Positions 1 through 11,761 of a stretch of DNA of 64,000 bases are shown here, in pieces (position 1 is the first letter of the stretch; every line of letters begins with the position of its first letter). The notes below the pieces were generated by a model. That model was not told where the DNA came from and made no database searches. It saw nothing but the letters and a program-made list of their open reading frames with translations. The stretch covers positions 21,478,370 through 21,542,369 of the forward strand of contig NC_057749.1 of NCBI RefSeq assembly GCF_004010195.1, in the 5' to 3' direction. The stretch comes from Chiloscyllium plagiosum (lineage: Eukaryota). The position numbers and the translations under genes were made by a program.

Positions 1-300
1 TGAGTGCCGAACCAGAGGACACAGCTTAAAAATAAGGGGTAGGCCATTTAGGACAGAGATGAGGAGAAACTTCTTCACCCAGAAAGTGGTGGCTGTGTGG
101 AATGCTCTGCCCCAGAGGGCAGTGGAGGCCCAGTCTCTGGATTCATTTAAGAAAGAGTTGGATAGAGCTCTCAAAGATAGTGGAATCAAGGGTCATGGAG
201 ATAAGGCAGGAACAGAATACTGATTAAGGATGATCAGCCATGATCATATTGAATGGTGGTGCAGGCTCGAAGGGCAGAATGGCCTACTCCTGCACCTACT
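1..300 (+). mobile_element. CR1-type LINE 3' end fragment
   Basis: RTRGHSLKIRG...RNFFTQKVV..WNALP-type ORF2 end plus 3' tail. Confidence 0.8.
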
Positions 301-574
301 GTTTATTGTCAGTTGACTCAGCGAGCTTTCTCGGTGCGGGCGGGAAGGTGCCGGAATGTTCTATTGGCCTCTGCTTTGAAACGCTGCCACATACCGCGCC
401 CCCCAACCCTGCATGTGGGATGTTTGTGAATTTATCTCAGGATGTGGGCACGGTTTCTAATACATTGATTCACTTGACGCTTTGCAATATTTTCCTGCAG
501 CATAAACTGTGGTTTGATGGCCTTTTGCAGCTTGCTGCTCAGAGTCAGTGGGTTATCGAGAGGACTCGATGAGT

Positions 575-1112
575 GGTCTGTCGGTGAGAGGCTACGCCCT
601 CAAACCAGGGACCCGGGTTCAATTCCAGCCTCGGGCAACTGTCTGTGTGGAGTTTGCACATTCTCCCCGTGTCTGCGTGAGTTTCCTCCGGGTGCTCTGG
701 TTTCCTCCCAAAGGTGTGAAGGTTAGGGTGGATTGACTAGATTAGATTAGATTAGATTACATTACATTACAGTGTGGAAACAGGCCCTTCGGCCCAACAA
801 GTCCACACCGACCCGCCGAAGCGCAACCCACCCATACCCCTACATTTACCCCTTACCTAACACTACGGGCAATTTAGCACGGCCAATTCACCTGACCTGC
901 ACATCTTTGGACTGTGGGAGGAAACCAGCGCCGGGTCTCTGGCGCTGTGAGGCAACGGTGCTAACCACCGTGCCACCCACGACTAGGCTAAATTGCCTGT
1001 AGTATTCAGGAATTAGTTCGAGGGAAATAGGTTTGGGTGGGTTACTCTTTGGAGGGTCGGTGTGGACTTGTTGGGCCGAAGGGCCTGTTACCTCTCTGTA
1101 GGGAATCTAGTC
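575..1112. mobile_element. Nested HE1-type V-SINEs (a minus copy at about 738-980 inside a plus copy)
   Basis: B-box GGGTTCAATTCC, V-domain TGTGTGGAGTTTGCAC, (TAGAT)n tail; GACTAG duplicated at about 736 and 981. Confidence 0.85.
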
Positions 1113-3410
1113 TAAACACAACAGCTGGTGAAATGAAAACTAAATAAAATTGTACTTTGGGCACCAAAATGTTAAACTTTCTTAATACTGATATTGAAGT
1201 TACCAGGTAAGGACCCCTCTGGGTCAAGACAAGTGAAGGAAATCTATCATCCTTACCTGGTCTGGCCCACACTTGACTCTAGGCCCACAGCAATGTAGAA
1301 AGGGCAGGAGTTGACTGATCTTTTTGATTGTTCCTTTTGACAGGTTTGTGGAGTTCTCACAGATTTGCCAGTTCGTCAGCTTATTCATCCCCACATTCAT
1401 GTCTAATTTTAATAATTCCAAAGGGGACCTGACCTCTCCCAACGGGCCAGCTTACATCTCACATTAGTGCCTTGGAACATATACAAAGAATACCTTGAGT
1501 ATCCACAAGTGTAGTCTGTCTATCCGAACAACAGACCCACGGCAATGTGGGTCACCCTCTGAAATGGTCAAGCAAGGCCTGCCCTGGTGTCAATCCAAGA
1601 GTGGAAAGGAGTGCAGGTGTGATGACACCATCCCTACCCCACACCTCTCCCTCCTCCCTGCACTGGTTACCAATGGCAACGCATCATTGGCTTCTCAAGG
1701 GGCAATTAGGGATGGGCAATTAAACGCCAGCCTCGCCAGTGATGCCCCGCCTTCCAAGAATGAAACCTTCAGGGAACATGAAGACCCATCCCACTTTGTG
1801 GGGACCAGAGTCACAAACTCAGGTAGTTCTGCCCCCAGTTCCCCAACTAGTGCCCCACTGTATGATTGCTACTTCCATCCACAATTGGCTGGCAGGATCT
1901 CCCACAAGGGTGGCTTAAAGGCAAGAGGTGCGTTCATCTAGCGCCTTTCATCAACACTCGCCATCCTGATGTACTTCACAGTCAATAAAGTACAATTGGG
2001 CAATAATCAGCAGCAGAGATAATGGCATAGTGCTGTTTCCACGGCACTAGTCATTCAGGCTGGGGAATAAAAACAGAGAGAATCTGCTGGAGAAACTCAA
2101 CATCTGTGGAGAGAGAAACACAGTTAATGCTTTGGGTCTGGTACGACGCTCCTTTAGATTGAAAATACATTAGAAAACGAAGTGTACAGGCAAACATCAT
2201 TGCAGTTTGACCAGGACAGTTTGTATTCAGGGACACACCTACCCTACCCATCGACTGGAAAACCCTGCCTCAGACCGCTGGACCAGTTAGTCCTTCTTTC
2301 CCCATGTCGGGACAAATGTCCGGAATTGTGCAGGGTAGCTCCAGACTGAGAGTGCTTGTCTGGCTACACAGCTGGATTTTGGGTGCCAGAGATAATGGCC
2401 TGTTCCGGGACATCCCGGGTACAGCAAACATTGGGTAAGGTAGGCACTGATGGGGTGGGATAGGGAGTTCATGAGATGAGTTTGGGAAGATGTGGTGAGA
2501 TGACTCAGAGACAGGAACACGCTGTCAGTCTTGATAAAAATAACTGTTCTGTTTATTCGTCTCTGCAACACAACAGTAACATGGGAGATGGAGTAGGCCA
2601 TTTAGCTCTTCAAACCTGCTCGATTAGACCATATTTGACTGTCTCCTCAACATCACCTTCCTGCACTATCTCCACATCCCTTAGATCTCCAGAAACCGAT
2701 TGATTTCTGACTTGAGCCAACCCAATGACTGAGCTTGGATAGCCCTCTCGGGTAGAGAATAGCAAAGATTCACCTCCCTCTGAATGAAGAAATCCCTCCT
2801 TATCTCGGACCAGAATGGCTGGCCTTTACCCTGAGATTAAACCTCCTAGTATTGTAAAGTCCCCCCTCACCATCTCCCCCACCCCAGCAAAGGGGAAAAC
2901 CCTATCTACCTCCACCCAGTCATATCCTCTAAGTTGATTGGTTCCAATGAGAGCACCTCTCAGTCCTTGAAATTCCAGGGAAGACAGAGCCAGCTGCCTC
3001 AGTCTCACCTCACAAAGCAATATACCATCACAGCATCAGCCTGGTGGTCCTCCACTCCCTCTCTACAGCAAATACATCTTTCCTTAGATACAGTGATCAA
3101 AACTTGTCACAATACTCCAGGGGTGGACTCACCAAAGGGTCTACAAAGTAATAGAACAGTTCATAACAACATAAACAACCCCTCTCTTTACATCTGTCTC
3201 TAGCTTTAGTTCCATTGACCACTTACAAATTCTCTGATGGTCAAGTCAAAATCTATTGCTCTGATTGAGATAAACTAATTTCCAGAAGGTTCTGGATTCA
3301 GAACTGAGAAACCCAGGCTGACATTCCCAGTGCTATACCATTGGAAGTGCTGTCTTTTGGATAAATTATTAACCTGAGGCCCTTTCTCCTCCTCGTGAGA
3401 GATTGAGAGG

Positions 3411-3632
3411 TGTAGTGATTGTAATCAGGTCAGTCAGCTGGATATCATTGAGCATGAGTTCCCTGATTGGGGCTGTTAATCTGGTCCAATCAGGGATGCC
3501 GGGCTGATGGCTAAAAAGCAGAGCATCAGAGATACTGTTAACTGACTGAGTGAGGCAGCACTAAAGTCAATGACTGTTCATGTGTAAGTAAAAGGGACTT
3601 GGTGATGGGATACCACCCTCTGTGGAGTTATA
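3411..3632 (+). mobile_element. Probable solo LTR fragment
   Basis: Starts TGTAG; CCAATCAG box; degenerate TATA- and polyA-like motifs; truncated by a CR1 tail. Confidence 0.4.
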
Positions 3633-4290
3633 GAGTCATACAGCACGGAAACAGACCTTTCAGTCCAACCAGTCCATGCTGACCATGTTGCCAAACTAAA
3701 CTAGTCCCACCTGCCTGCACTTGGCCCATATCCCTCCAAACCTTTCCTATCCAAGTACCTATCCAAATGTCTTTTGAACATTGTCATTGTACCCACATCC
3801 ACCACTTCCTCAGGAAGTTCATTCCACATGCTATTCACCCTCTGTGTAAACGATTTGCCCCCCCCATGTCTTTTTAAAGTCTTGCTCCTTTCACCTTAAA
3901 AATGTGTCCCCCAGTCTTGAAATCCCCCATCCTAGTCGACACCACTCATGATTTTATAAACCTCTCTGAGGTCACCTTTCGATCTCCTCCACTGCAGTGA
4001 AAAAAATCCCAGCCTATCTGCCTTTCTTTATAACTCAAATATTCCGGGCAACATACTGGTAAATCTCGACCGAACCCTCTCTTCTGGTCATCTAATGACA
4101 TCTTTCTTACAACAGGGAGACAAAAACTGGACACAGTATCTGAGAAGAGACCTCACCAATGTCCTGTACAACCTCAACATGTCTCCTCAATTCACATACT
4201 CAAAGGACCGAGCAATGAAGGTACGTGTGTTTAATGTCTTTTTAATTACGCAGTCTATATGTGATGCAAACCTCAAAGAGTTATGTACCT
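3632..4290 (-). mobile_element. CR1 LINE 3' fragment
   Basis: CR1 tail (GGACTGAAAGGTCTGTTTCCGTGCTGTATGACTCTA) and degenerate ORF2 C-terminus on the minus strand. Confidence 0.75.
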
Positions 4291-4674
4291 GAGCCCCTAG
4301 ATTGCTCTGCCTTTCACATTGTTTTTCCCTGCTGTTCTCCTAAACAGATTTTATCCCTCACAGAAAGCAGTCATAATGTTTAGGAGCTTGCAGTGTGCAT
4401 CAAGTGGCTGCTGCATTTCTTACTTCTATTTTTGACCAAATTGCGGGCTCGTGTTTCCTTTCTACGCTTCGCAGCGTTTGCTGCAGAAGCAGCAGAGCAT
4501 TCATTCTGAAGAAGTTTGGCCTCTTTAATCGCAGTCATCAATAAACACTTCCTTCGGAGACACAGAGTTGAAGACATCTGTGTCCTGTTGACCCTCTGTG
4601 CCTGCCCAGAGTGCACTTTAGGGTGAGATTGTGTTACTGAGTGTGCGAGGGTGTATGTGACTGAGACCAACTCG

Positions 4675-6290
4675 GAGATTGCTGCCGAAACTCAACAGGT
4701 CTGGCAGCATCACTGGGGAAAAAGCAGAGTTAACATTTAAGAAATGATGCAACTCTACTTCAGTATGGACAGCAGCAAGGGAAAACCTGGTATTTATGCT
4801 GAAGGCAGGGTTGGGGTAGGTAGGGCGTGTGGGTTGGGGGTGTGGTGAGCAGATAGGTGGAAACAGAGTCCACAGACAAAGGGGGAAGATAGGAAAGGAT
4901 TATTGACAGGAAACCAGGTCAGAAGGGATGGTGAATAAGTTGCAGAAGAAATTGCAGAGGCCCTCGCAGAGACTTTTGCTTCATCTTTCGCCACTGGTGA
5001 AGTTCTGGAAGACTGGAGGGTGTCAAATGTTGTCCCATTGTTTAAGAAAGGTAGCAAAGACAAGCCAGGGAATGACAGGCCAGTGAGCCTGACGTCAGTG
5101 GGAGGCAAGTTGTTGGAGAGGAAACTGAGGGACAGGATCAACCAACAGTTGGATAGTCAAGGTCTGATTAGGGATAGTCAGCATGGATTTCTGCGCAGGA
5201 AATGGTTTAGAGTTTTTTGAAGAGGTAACCAAGGGGCGAAATGAGGGTAGGGCAGTGATGTTATCTTGATGGACTTTAGTAAGGCCTTTGACAAGGTCCC
5301 ATATGCCAGGGCAAGTTAGGAGGTTTAGGTCACATGTGATCTGGGGAGGGCTAGCTAATTGGATTCAAAATTGACTCGATGGTAGGAAGCAGAGGGTGAT
5401 GGTTGAAGGCTGTTTCTTGGACTGGAGACATGTGACAAGCAGTGTGCCACAAAGATCAGTGCTGGGACCTTTGTTGTTTTATTTACATAAGTCATCTAGA
5501 TGCGAATATACAAGGTATGATTAGTAAGTTTGCGGAAAGTAAATTGGTAGGTGTTATATCTTCAGCGGCAGCAGGGGATGGTGCCGTGGGTGTGTAGGGA
5601 GAGGAGGAGGAGTGGACCAGGTTTCCTGGAAGGAACAATCGCTGTGGAAGGTTGACAAGGGAGGGCAGGGGAATATGTGTCTGGTGGTGATGTCCCACTG
5701 GAGATGGGCTAGTGATCCTCTGGATGTGGATGCTGGTGGGATGGTGGTGAAGGCAAGGAGTCCCTATCACTGTTGTGTCGGGGGGGGGGGGGGGGGAAGA
5801 GAGGGGTTGAGGGCTGAAGTGTGAGAGATGGGTTGGACGTGGCTGAGAGTCCTGACAAGCACAGTGCTGGGAAATCCTCAGCTGAGGAAGGTGGCAGACA
5901 TGTTGGAAGCCCCCTTGTCAAATTTGGCGCCGTCAGAGCAGATGTGGGTGGAGACAGAGGAACGGGGAGAATGGAACAGAGTCTTTTACAGGAGGCAGGG
6001 TGTGAGGACAGCTGTGGGAGTCAGTGGGTTTGTACTGGACATTAGTGGCCAGCCTATCCCCAGAAATGGAAATAGAGATGTTGAGGAAAGGAAAGGAAGA
6101 GGAATCAGAAATTGACCAAGCGAAGGTAATTGCAGGGCGGAAACTCCAACATCTCTATTTCCTCCAGTGGATTCCACAAGGAGACACATATTCTGAAGAA
6201 AGATCACTGGATCCGAATCGTTAACTCTGCTCCCTTTCCGAAGATGCTGCCAGACCAGCTGTGTTTTTCCAGTAATTTCTATTTTTGTTT
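4675..6290. mobile_element. Penelope-like fragments interrupted by a CR1 RT fragment (about 4935-5555, plus)
   Basis: CR1 NVVPLFKKGSKDKPGNDRPVSLTSVGGKLLE; PLE-like PFLSSTSLFP/YKPTDSH region at 5560-6140; pLTR-like ends. Confidence 0.65.
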
Positions 6291-6754
6291 CACATATTCT
6301 CCTTCCCCTCCCTTGTCAGAAAGCTGGAAAAACAGTTGTGTTCCATAACTTTAGAGTCTAATTTTGTCTTTCCGTGTTTTTAAAGTCCCACACCATGGTC
6401 CTGTCATGACATTGATTGTTTTCAGCAGAGCCTACCCATTCCTTCCTCCACTCAGTGCTCTGTTACTTATTCAGCTTCTCTTCTGACCTGGCCTATTATT
6501 AATAAGCCCTTATCTGCCAGGCCATTTCACATGTCTTTCTCTCTCGCTGGTCTCCATTTCCATCTGTCCACTCTGCACTCTTCCCCCAACCTTCAACATA
6601 AATACCACTTCTCTCTAATGGTTATCAGTTCAGATGAAGAGTCACCGGACTCTGTTTCTCTCTCCTCAGTTGCTGCCAGACCTGCTGAGTTTCTCCAGCA
6701 ATTTCTATTTTTGTCTCAGACCTCCAGCATCCATAGTTCTTTGTTTTATATTAT

Positions 6755-7518
6755 TGTGTGTGTGTCTGTGTGTGCGTGAGAGAGAGTGTGTGCGTGAGAG
6801 ACAGTGTGTGTGCGTGTGGGAGGGACAGTGTGTGTGTGAGACAGTGTGTGCGTGCGTGTGTGTGTGTGAGAGACAGTGTGTGCACGCGCGTGTGAGAGAC
6901 AGTGTGTGTGCGCGTGTGTGAGAGTGAGGGATAATGTGTGTGCACGTCTGTGTGTGAGTGAGAGACAGTGTGTGCGTGCATGTGAGTGAGAGACAGTATG
7001 TGCGTGCGCGTGTGTGAGTGAGAGACAGTGTGTGTGTGCACGTGTGTGAGTGAGAGTGTGTGCGCGCATGTGTGTGAGTGAGAGACTGTGTGCGCGCGCA
7101 TGTGTGTGAGAGACAGTGTGTGCATGTGTGTGTGAGTGAGAGACAGTGTGTGCGCGCGCATGTGTGTGAGAGACAGTATGTGCGTGCGCGTGTGTGAGTG
7201 AGAGACAGTGTGTATGTGCACGTGTGTGAGTGAGAGTGTGTGCGCGCATGTGTGAGTGAGTGACAGTGTGTGCGCGCTTGCATGTGAGTGAGACTGTGTG
7301 CGCGTGTGTGTGAGTGAGAGACTGTGTGCGCGCGCATGTGTGTGAGAGACAGTATGTGCGTGCGCGTGTGTGAGTGAGAGACAGTGTGTGCGTGCGCGTG
7401 TGTGAGTGAGAGACAGTATGTGCGCGCGCGTGTGTGAGTGAGAGACAGTGTGTGTGTGATTGAGTGACAGTGTGTGCGCGCTTGCGTGTGAGTGAGAGAC
7501 AGTGTGTGCGCACGCGCA
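6755..7518. repeat. Compound (TG)/(AG)/(CG) microsatellite with about 30-bp higher-order units
   Basis: Repeating GTGAGTGAGAGACAGTGTGTGCGCGCGCATGTGT-like units; explains the HTHAR-rich ORFs. Confidence 0.95.
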
Positions 7519-7519
7519 A

Positions 7520-8266
7520 TTCCATGATGGCCTACTTCACCCTGATCTCATTGACTGGAACTAGGTACCAATCAGGTCCTGTCTGGCTTTTAGCGCCCAG
7601 CACAATGAGCTCTGTAATGCACAAGGACAACTTCCTCCTCCCCTGTGTCCTCATCGTCCTCCTCAGAACATTGTTCCCACTTCCCCAGTTCCTCAACATC
7701 CAACACGTCGCCTCATTGCCTGCTGCAATTATGCTGCATCTTCGGCAGCCCAATCATCTGCTCCACTACAGCCCGGTCCAAGCATAGGCCCCGACTTTGT
7801 GAAGACAGTGCGCCAATTGGGTGACCAACACACCACATTAGAGGGGGAATGTCCACTGTGCTCTGGCTGCCTTCCGGTGAGGCTGGTATGTGTCCGGTGT
7901 CAGCGTCTGTGCATGTGGTACACTGCCTGTGGAGGGCACCCTGAGATGTTGCTGCCCAGTGTCCAAGATGGAGATCCAAAGGAGCAAGGGGCAAGCTGGA
8001 GTCACTAGGTACCCGCTCAGATTTCCACATCGGGAATCCCAGTGGCTGATAGGACAGGGAGCTGCGCATTGAGGTGAAGTAATAATGAGGGTGATAATGA
8101 ATGTTAATCCCTATTAATAAGGCCCGTGCTGCTGGCTAGTGGGAATCTCATCTCAGAGTCTGAGACTCAGTTGGAAAATGCTACTTATTTACAGATCATG
8201 CTGTCAAGAAAGATCTCACTCAACTTCTTTCCTGATACTTCCAGATTTCTCGGCACAGCTCGTACT
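7520..8266 (-). mobile_element. Harbinger/PIF-derived relic (transposase C-terminal fragment)
   Basis: RAVVEQMIGLPKM..HN..RQ*GDVLDVEELGKWEQCSEEDDE resembles the HARBI1-like R-xx-E-xx-G-x-LK...HN motif with an acidic tail. Confidence 0.6.
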
Positions 8267-8800
8267 GTCCATGGCTTCGGAAGGCTCTAACCCTGGCTTC
8301 TGACTCATTGAGGAAACCAAATGTAGATGGCTTTGTGGGATACTTCCCTTTAGTCTGCAAGCATGAGCCGACCAGCTATGTAATCTTTGCATCATTTAAA
8401 TGTTCCTGCTGTTCAACCTTTCGTAAACCTCCCCTTTTATTTCCCTTCCCACACTCGCTGCCTTGCTGTTGCTCAAGAGCCATGGCATTTTCATCTTTTC
8501 CCAGTTGCAGTGTTAACTCTGTTCCTCCCCCCAGTAATAGGCTGTCTGACGTGCTGAGTGCTTCGAGCAGTATCTGCTCCAGCAATTGTAGGACTTTGCT
8601 TAGAATAGGATCAAACTGCGTTTCTGTCTCTCACCTATGCTTTCATCTTCACCGTAGCAGTTCTATGATTCGATCGTTTTTAGTTGTGTCTGGTGTCTAT
8701 CTTTGGAATAAAGCAGAAAACAACTCTTTCAAGTCAAAATATACAGAAAGGAAACCACAGGTGTATGTTACACAGAGACGATTAGGACTTTGTAGTTAGT
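8267..8800 (-). pseudogene. Fossil ORF fragment, unidentified
   Basis: About 180 codons in one frame (…FDLKELFSALFQR*TPDTTKNDRIIELLR*R*KHR*ETETQFDPILSKVLQLLEQILLEALS…); stops are only TGA/TAG. Confidence 0.45.
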
Positions 8801-9075
8801 CCACACACACAGTTTTTGTAAATAATTAAGATTGCATTACTCTGGGTTTTCCACCTGTAAAAGCTGCCATTCCAAGCAACAAGCTACAGAGAGATTCAGA
8901 TAAAAGCTCAAGCTATGAGAAAATCAATATTTAATCAACTGGTGTTCATTACTAGTGAAGGAGCTGTGAGAAATAGCCTTTGATGTAATGGAAATACACA
9001 CATTATCCGAAGCAACATTAAATCCTTGTGTAAACATCAGTTCTGGGAAAGTGCAACGCGCAGAATTTTTTTTAA

Positions 9076-9355
9076 GATTACTTACAGTGTGGAAACAGGC
9101 CCTTCGGCCCAACAGGTTCACACCGACCCTCCGAAGAGCAACCCACCCAGACCCATTCCCCTACACCTAACACTACAGGAAATTTAGCATGGCCACATCA
9201 CCTCACCTGCACATTTTTGGACTGAGGGAGGAAACCCACACAGACACGGGGAGAATGTGCAAACTCCACACAGGCAGTTGCCTGAGGCGGGAATTGAACC
9301 CGGGTCTCTGACACTGTGAGGTGGCAGTGCTAACCACTGTGCCACTATCCCGCCA
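9076..9355 (-). mobile_element. HE1-type V-SINE
   Basis: A box TGGCACAGTGG, B box GGGTTCAATTCCC, V-domain, CR1-like tail. Confidence 0.85.
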
Positions 9356-10514
9356 CAGTGAACATACAGCAATTGAGATAAAAATGTGCAATTTGATATG
9401 CTTTGTTTTTAAAGTCAAATTTATAATGCGATAAAGGAAATAAAGCAGGCTGCTGAAAATGTTGAAACTGACTGGGCATTAGCTGGAGTCACCTCTTGGC
9501 TCAGGCAGTGTCTGATATGGAACCAGGAGCCAAATGTCCCATCACATATTGGCTACAGCAAAAACAAGGCCATTCAGTCCAGCCTATCTCTGCCAACTCT
9601 CTGTGAGAGCAGCTCTGTAAGTCCCACCATCTCCTCATTCTCTGCAGCCCTGCAATTATTTCTCTCTTCGAGTGGGACAACATGGTGGCTCAGTGCTGTC
9701 TCACAGCGCCCAGGACCTGGGTTTGATTCCACCCTCGAGTGACTGTGTGGGGTTTGTACACTCGCCCTCAAGTGGAGTGTAATCACTGTCACATCTTCTG
9801 GTTCCCGTTGGGTGCAAACAATTATACTGTCAGCTTGGAAAAATAGGGTTTTGCCTTTGGTGGAAGGACCAATGACCTGGGGGTTTAGACAGAAGGTAAG
9901 GGCTGGAGGTTGAGAGGGGATGTGAGGCAAACGTTTTTACTCAGAGAACAGTGGTAATCTGGAACTCACTGTTCATAAAAGTGATACAGACAGGAACCCT
10001 CATAACATTTTAGGGAGTATTTAGTTATGAATTTGTGATGCCAAGGCTTCCAGGCTATGGGCTAATTGCTGGAAAATGGGATTAGAATTATTATGTGGTT
10101 ATTTTCGACCAGTCCAGATGCAATGGGACGAAGGGCCTGTTCTATGCAGTAGCCCCTCTATGACTCTATAATTCTCTCAGTTTAACACACTTCTTGGTCA
10201 GCAGACTGTCTGAGATTTGATTTATAACCTGACTCTCCAGTGTAGCAGTGAATGTAGTCCTGCTGATATCTTTAGTTATATTTTCCAATCAGCTGGTTCA
10301 GAGATGCTATTACACAGCTTTAGAGCAAGTAGGACTTGTGCCCAGGCCTCCTGGTCCAGGGACACTGCTGCTGCATCACAACAGCCCTCTCCCTGAAACA
10401 TTTACACACACAATCCATACCTGCACAATTAGTTCCTGGCTCTTTGTCAATGGTATTTAACAATTACAGAGCTGGATAACTCCAACTGGCCATGGTTTTA
10501 ATATGCCTAACGCT

Positions 10515-10905
10515 GGTGAGGCTGGTATGTGTCCAGTGTCAGCGTCTGTGCATGTGGTACACTGCCTGTGGAGGGCACCCTGAGATGTTGCTGCCCAGTG
10601 TCCAAGATGGAGATCCAAAGGAGCAAGGAGCAAGCTGGAGTCACTAGGTACCCACTCAGATTTCCACATCGGGAATCCCAGTGGCTGATAGGACAGGGAG
10701 CTGCGCATTAAGGTGAAGTAATAATGAGGGTGATAATGAATGTTAATCCCTATTAATAAGGCCCGTGCTGCTGGCTAGTGAGAATCTCATCTCAGAGTCT
10801 GGAACTCAGTTGGAAAATACTACTTATTTACAGATCATGCTGTCGAGAAAGATCTCACTCAACTTCTTTCCTGATACTTCCAGATTTCTTGGCACAGCTC
10901 GTACT
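10515..10905. repeat. About 390-bp direct repeat of 7876-8266
   Basis: Near-identical sequence from GGTGAGGCTGGTATG to CAGCTCGTACT in both places. Confidence 0.9.
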
Positions 10906-11761
10906 CCGTTCACCGGAGCCTCACTGACAGCCTGATTTGGGTCTTTAAAACTCTAACTGCTTGAGAGTTGGGGCATGTAATAAGAGTAATTTAATCCCCT
11001 CTGACTGGAGTGCAATACCTTCCCCTCCAACATCATTTAGGAACAAGGAAAACAGGAACAAGACCAGGCCATTCAGCCCATCGGGCCTGCTCCACCATTC
11101 CATATGATCATGGTTTATCATCCAACTCCGTCTCCTTTTCCCATTTTCACCACCATACCCTTTGACCCCTTCTACCGTAAGAACTATATCTAACTTCTTC
11201 TTGAAACCATCTAGTGCTTTGGCTTCAAAGCTTTCTGTGGCACAGAATTCCACAGGCTCCTCAGTCTCTGGGCAAAGACATTTCTCCTCATTCCATTTTG
11301 ATTTAACCCCCTTCCCTTTTACTTCGGTTTTGTTATTGTTGGGTATTGCTTGTGAATTGTTTGTTTTGTTGATTATTTCAGTGATTTAGTGATGAGTTTA
11401 CACATACCCCTGGCCAATCCCCTTTACAACGGAGTTCTGCATTGCCTCGACAGAGCAGTGCTGGAAAAGCACAGCCGGTCAGGCAGCATCTGAGGAGCAA
11501 GAGAATCGACGTTTCGGGCAAAAGCCCTTCATCAGCCTCATTCCTGAAACGTAGATTTTCCCGTTCCTCAGATGCTGCCTGAGCTGCTGTGCTTTTCCAG
11601 CGCTGTCAACTCTGATCTCCAGCATCTGCAGTACCCACTTTCACCACGTCACACTGAGTCTGCTTTGACTAGATAATGATTCTCCAAATGTCGTGCTATT
11701 ACTTTCTGAATACTTGCACCCATATTTTTCCAATGATAGATGGTTGGCTAATTGACGTGCT

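Noticed and set aside
6634..7525. 150-260-aa His/Thr/Arg-rich ORFs
   Set aside because: Translation of a dinucleotide microsatellite.
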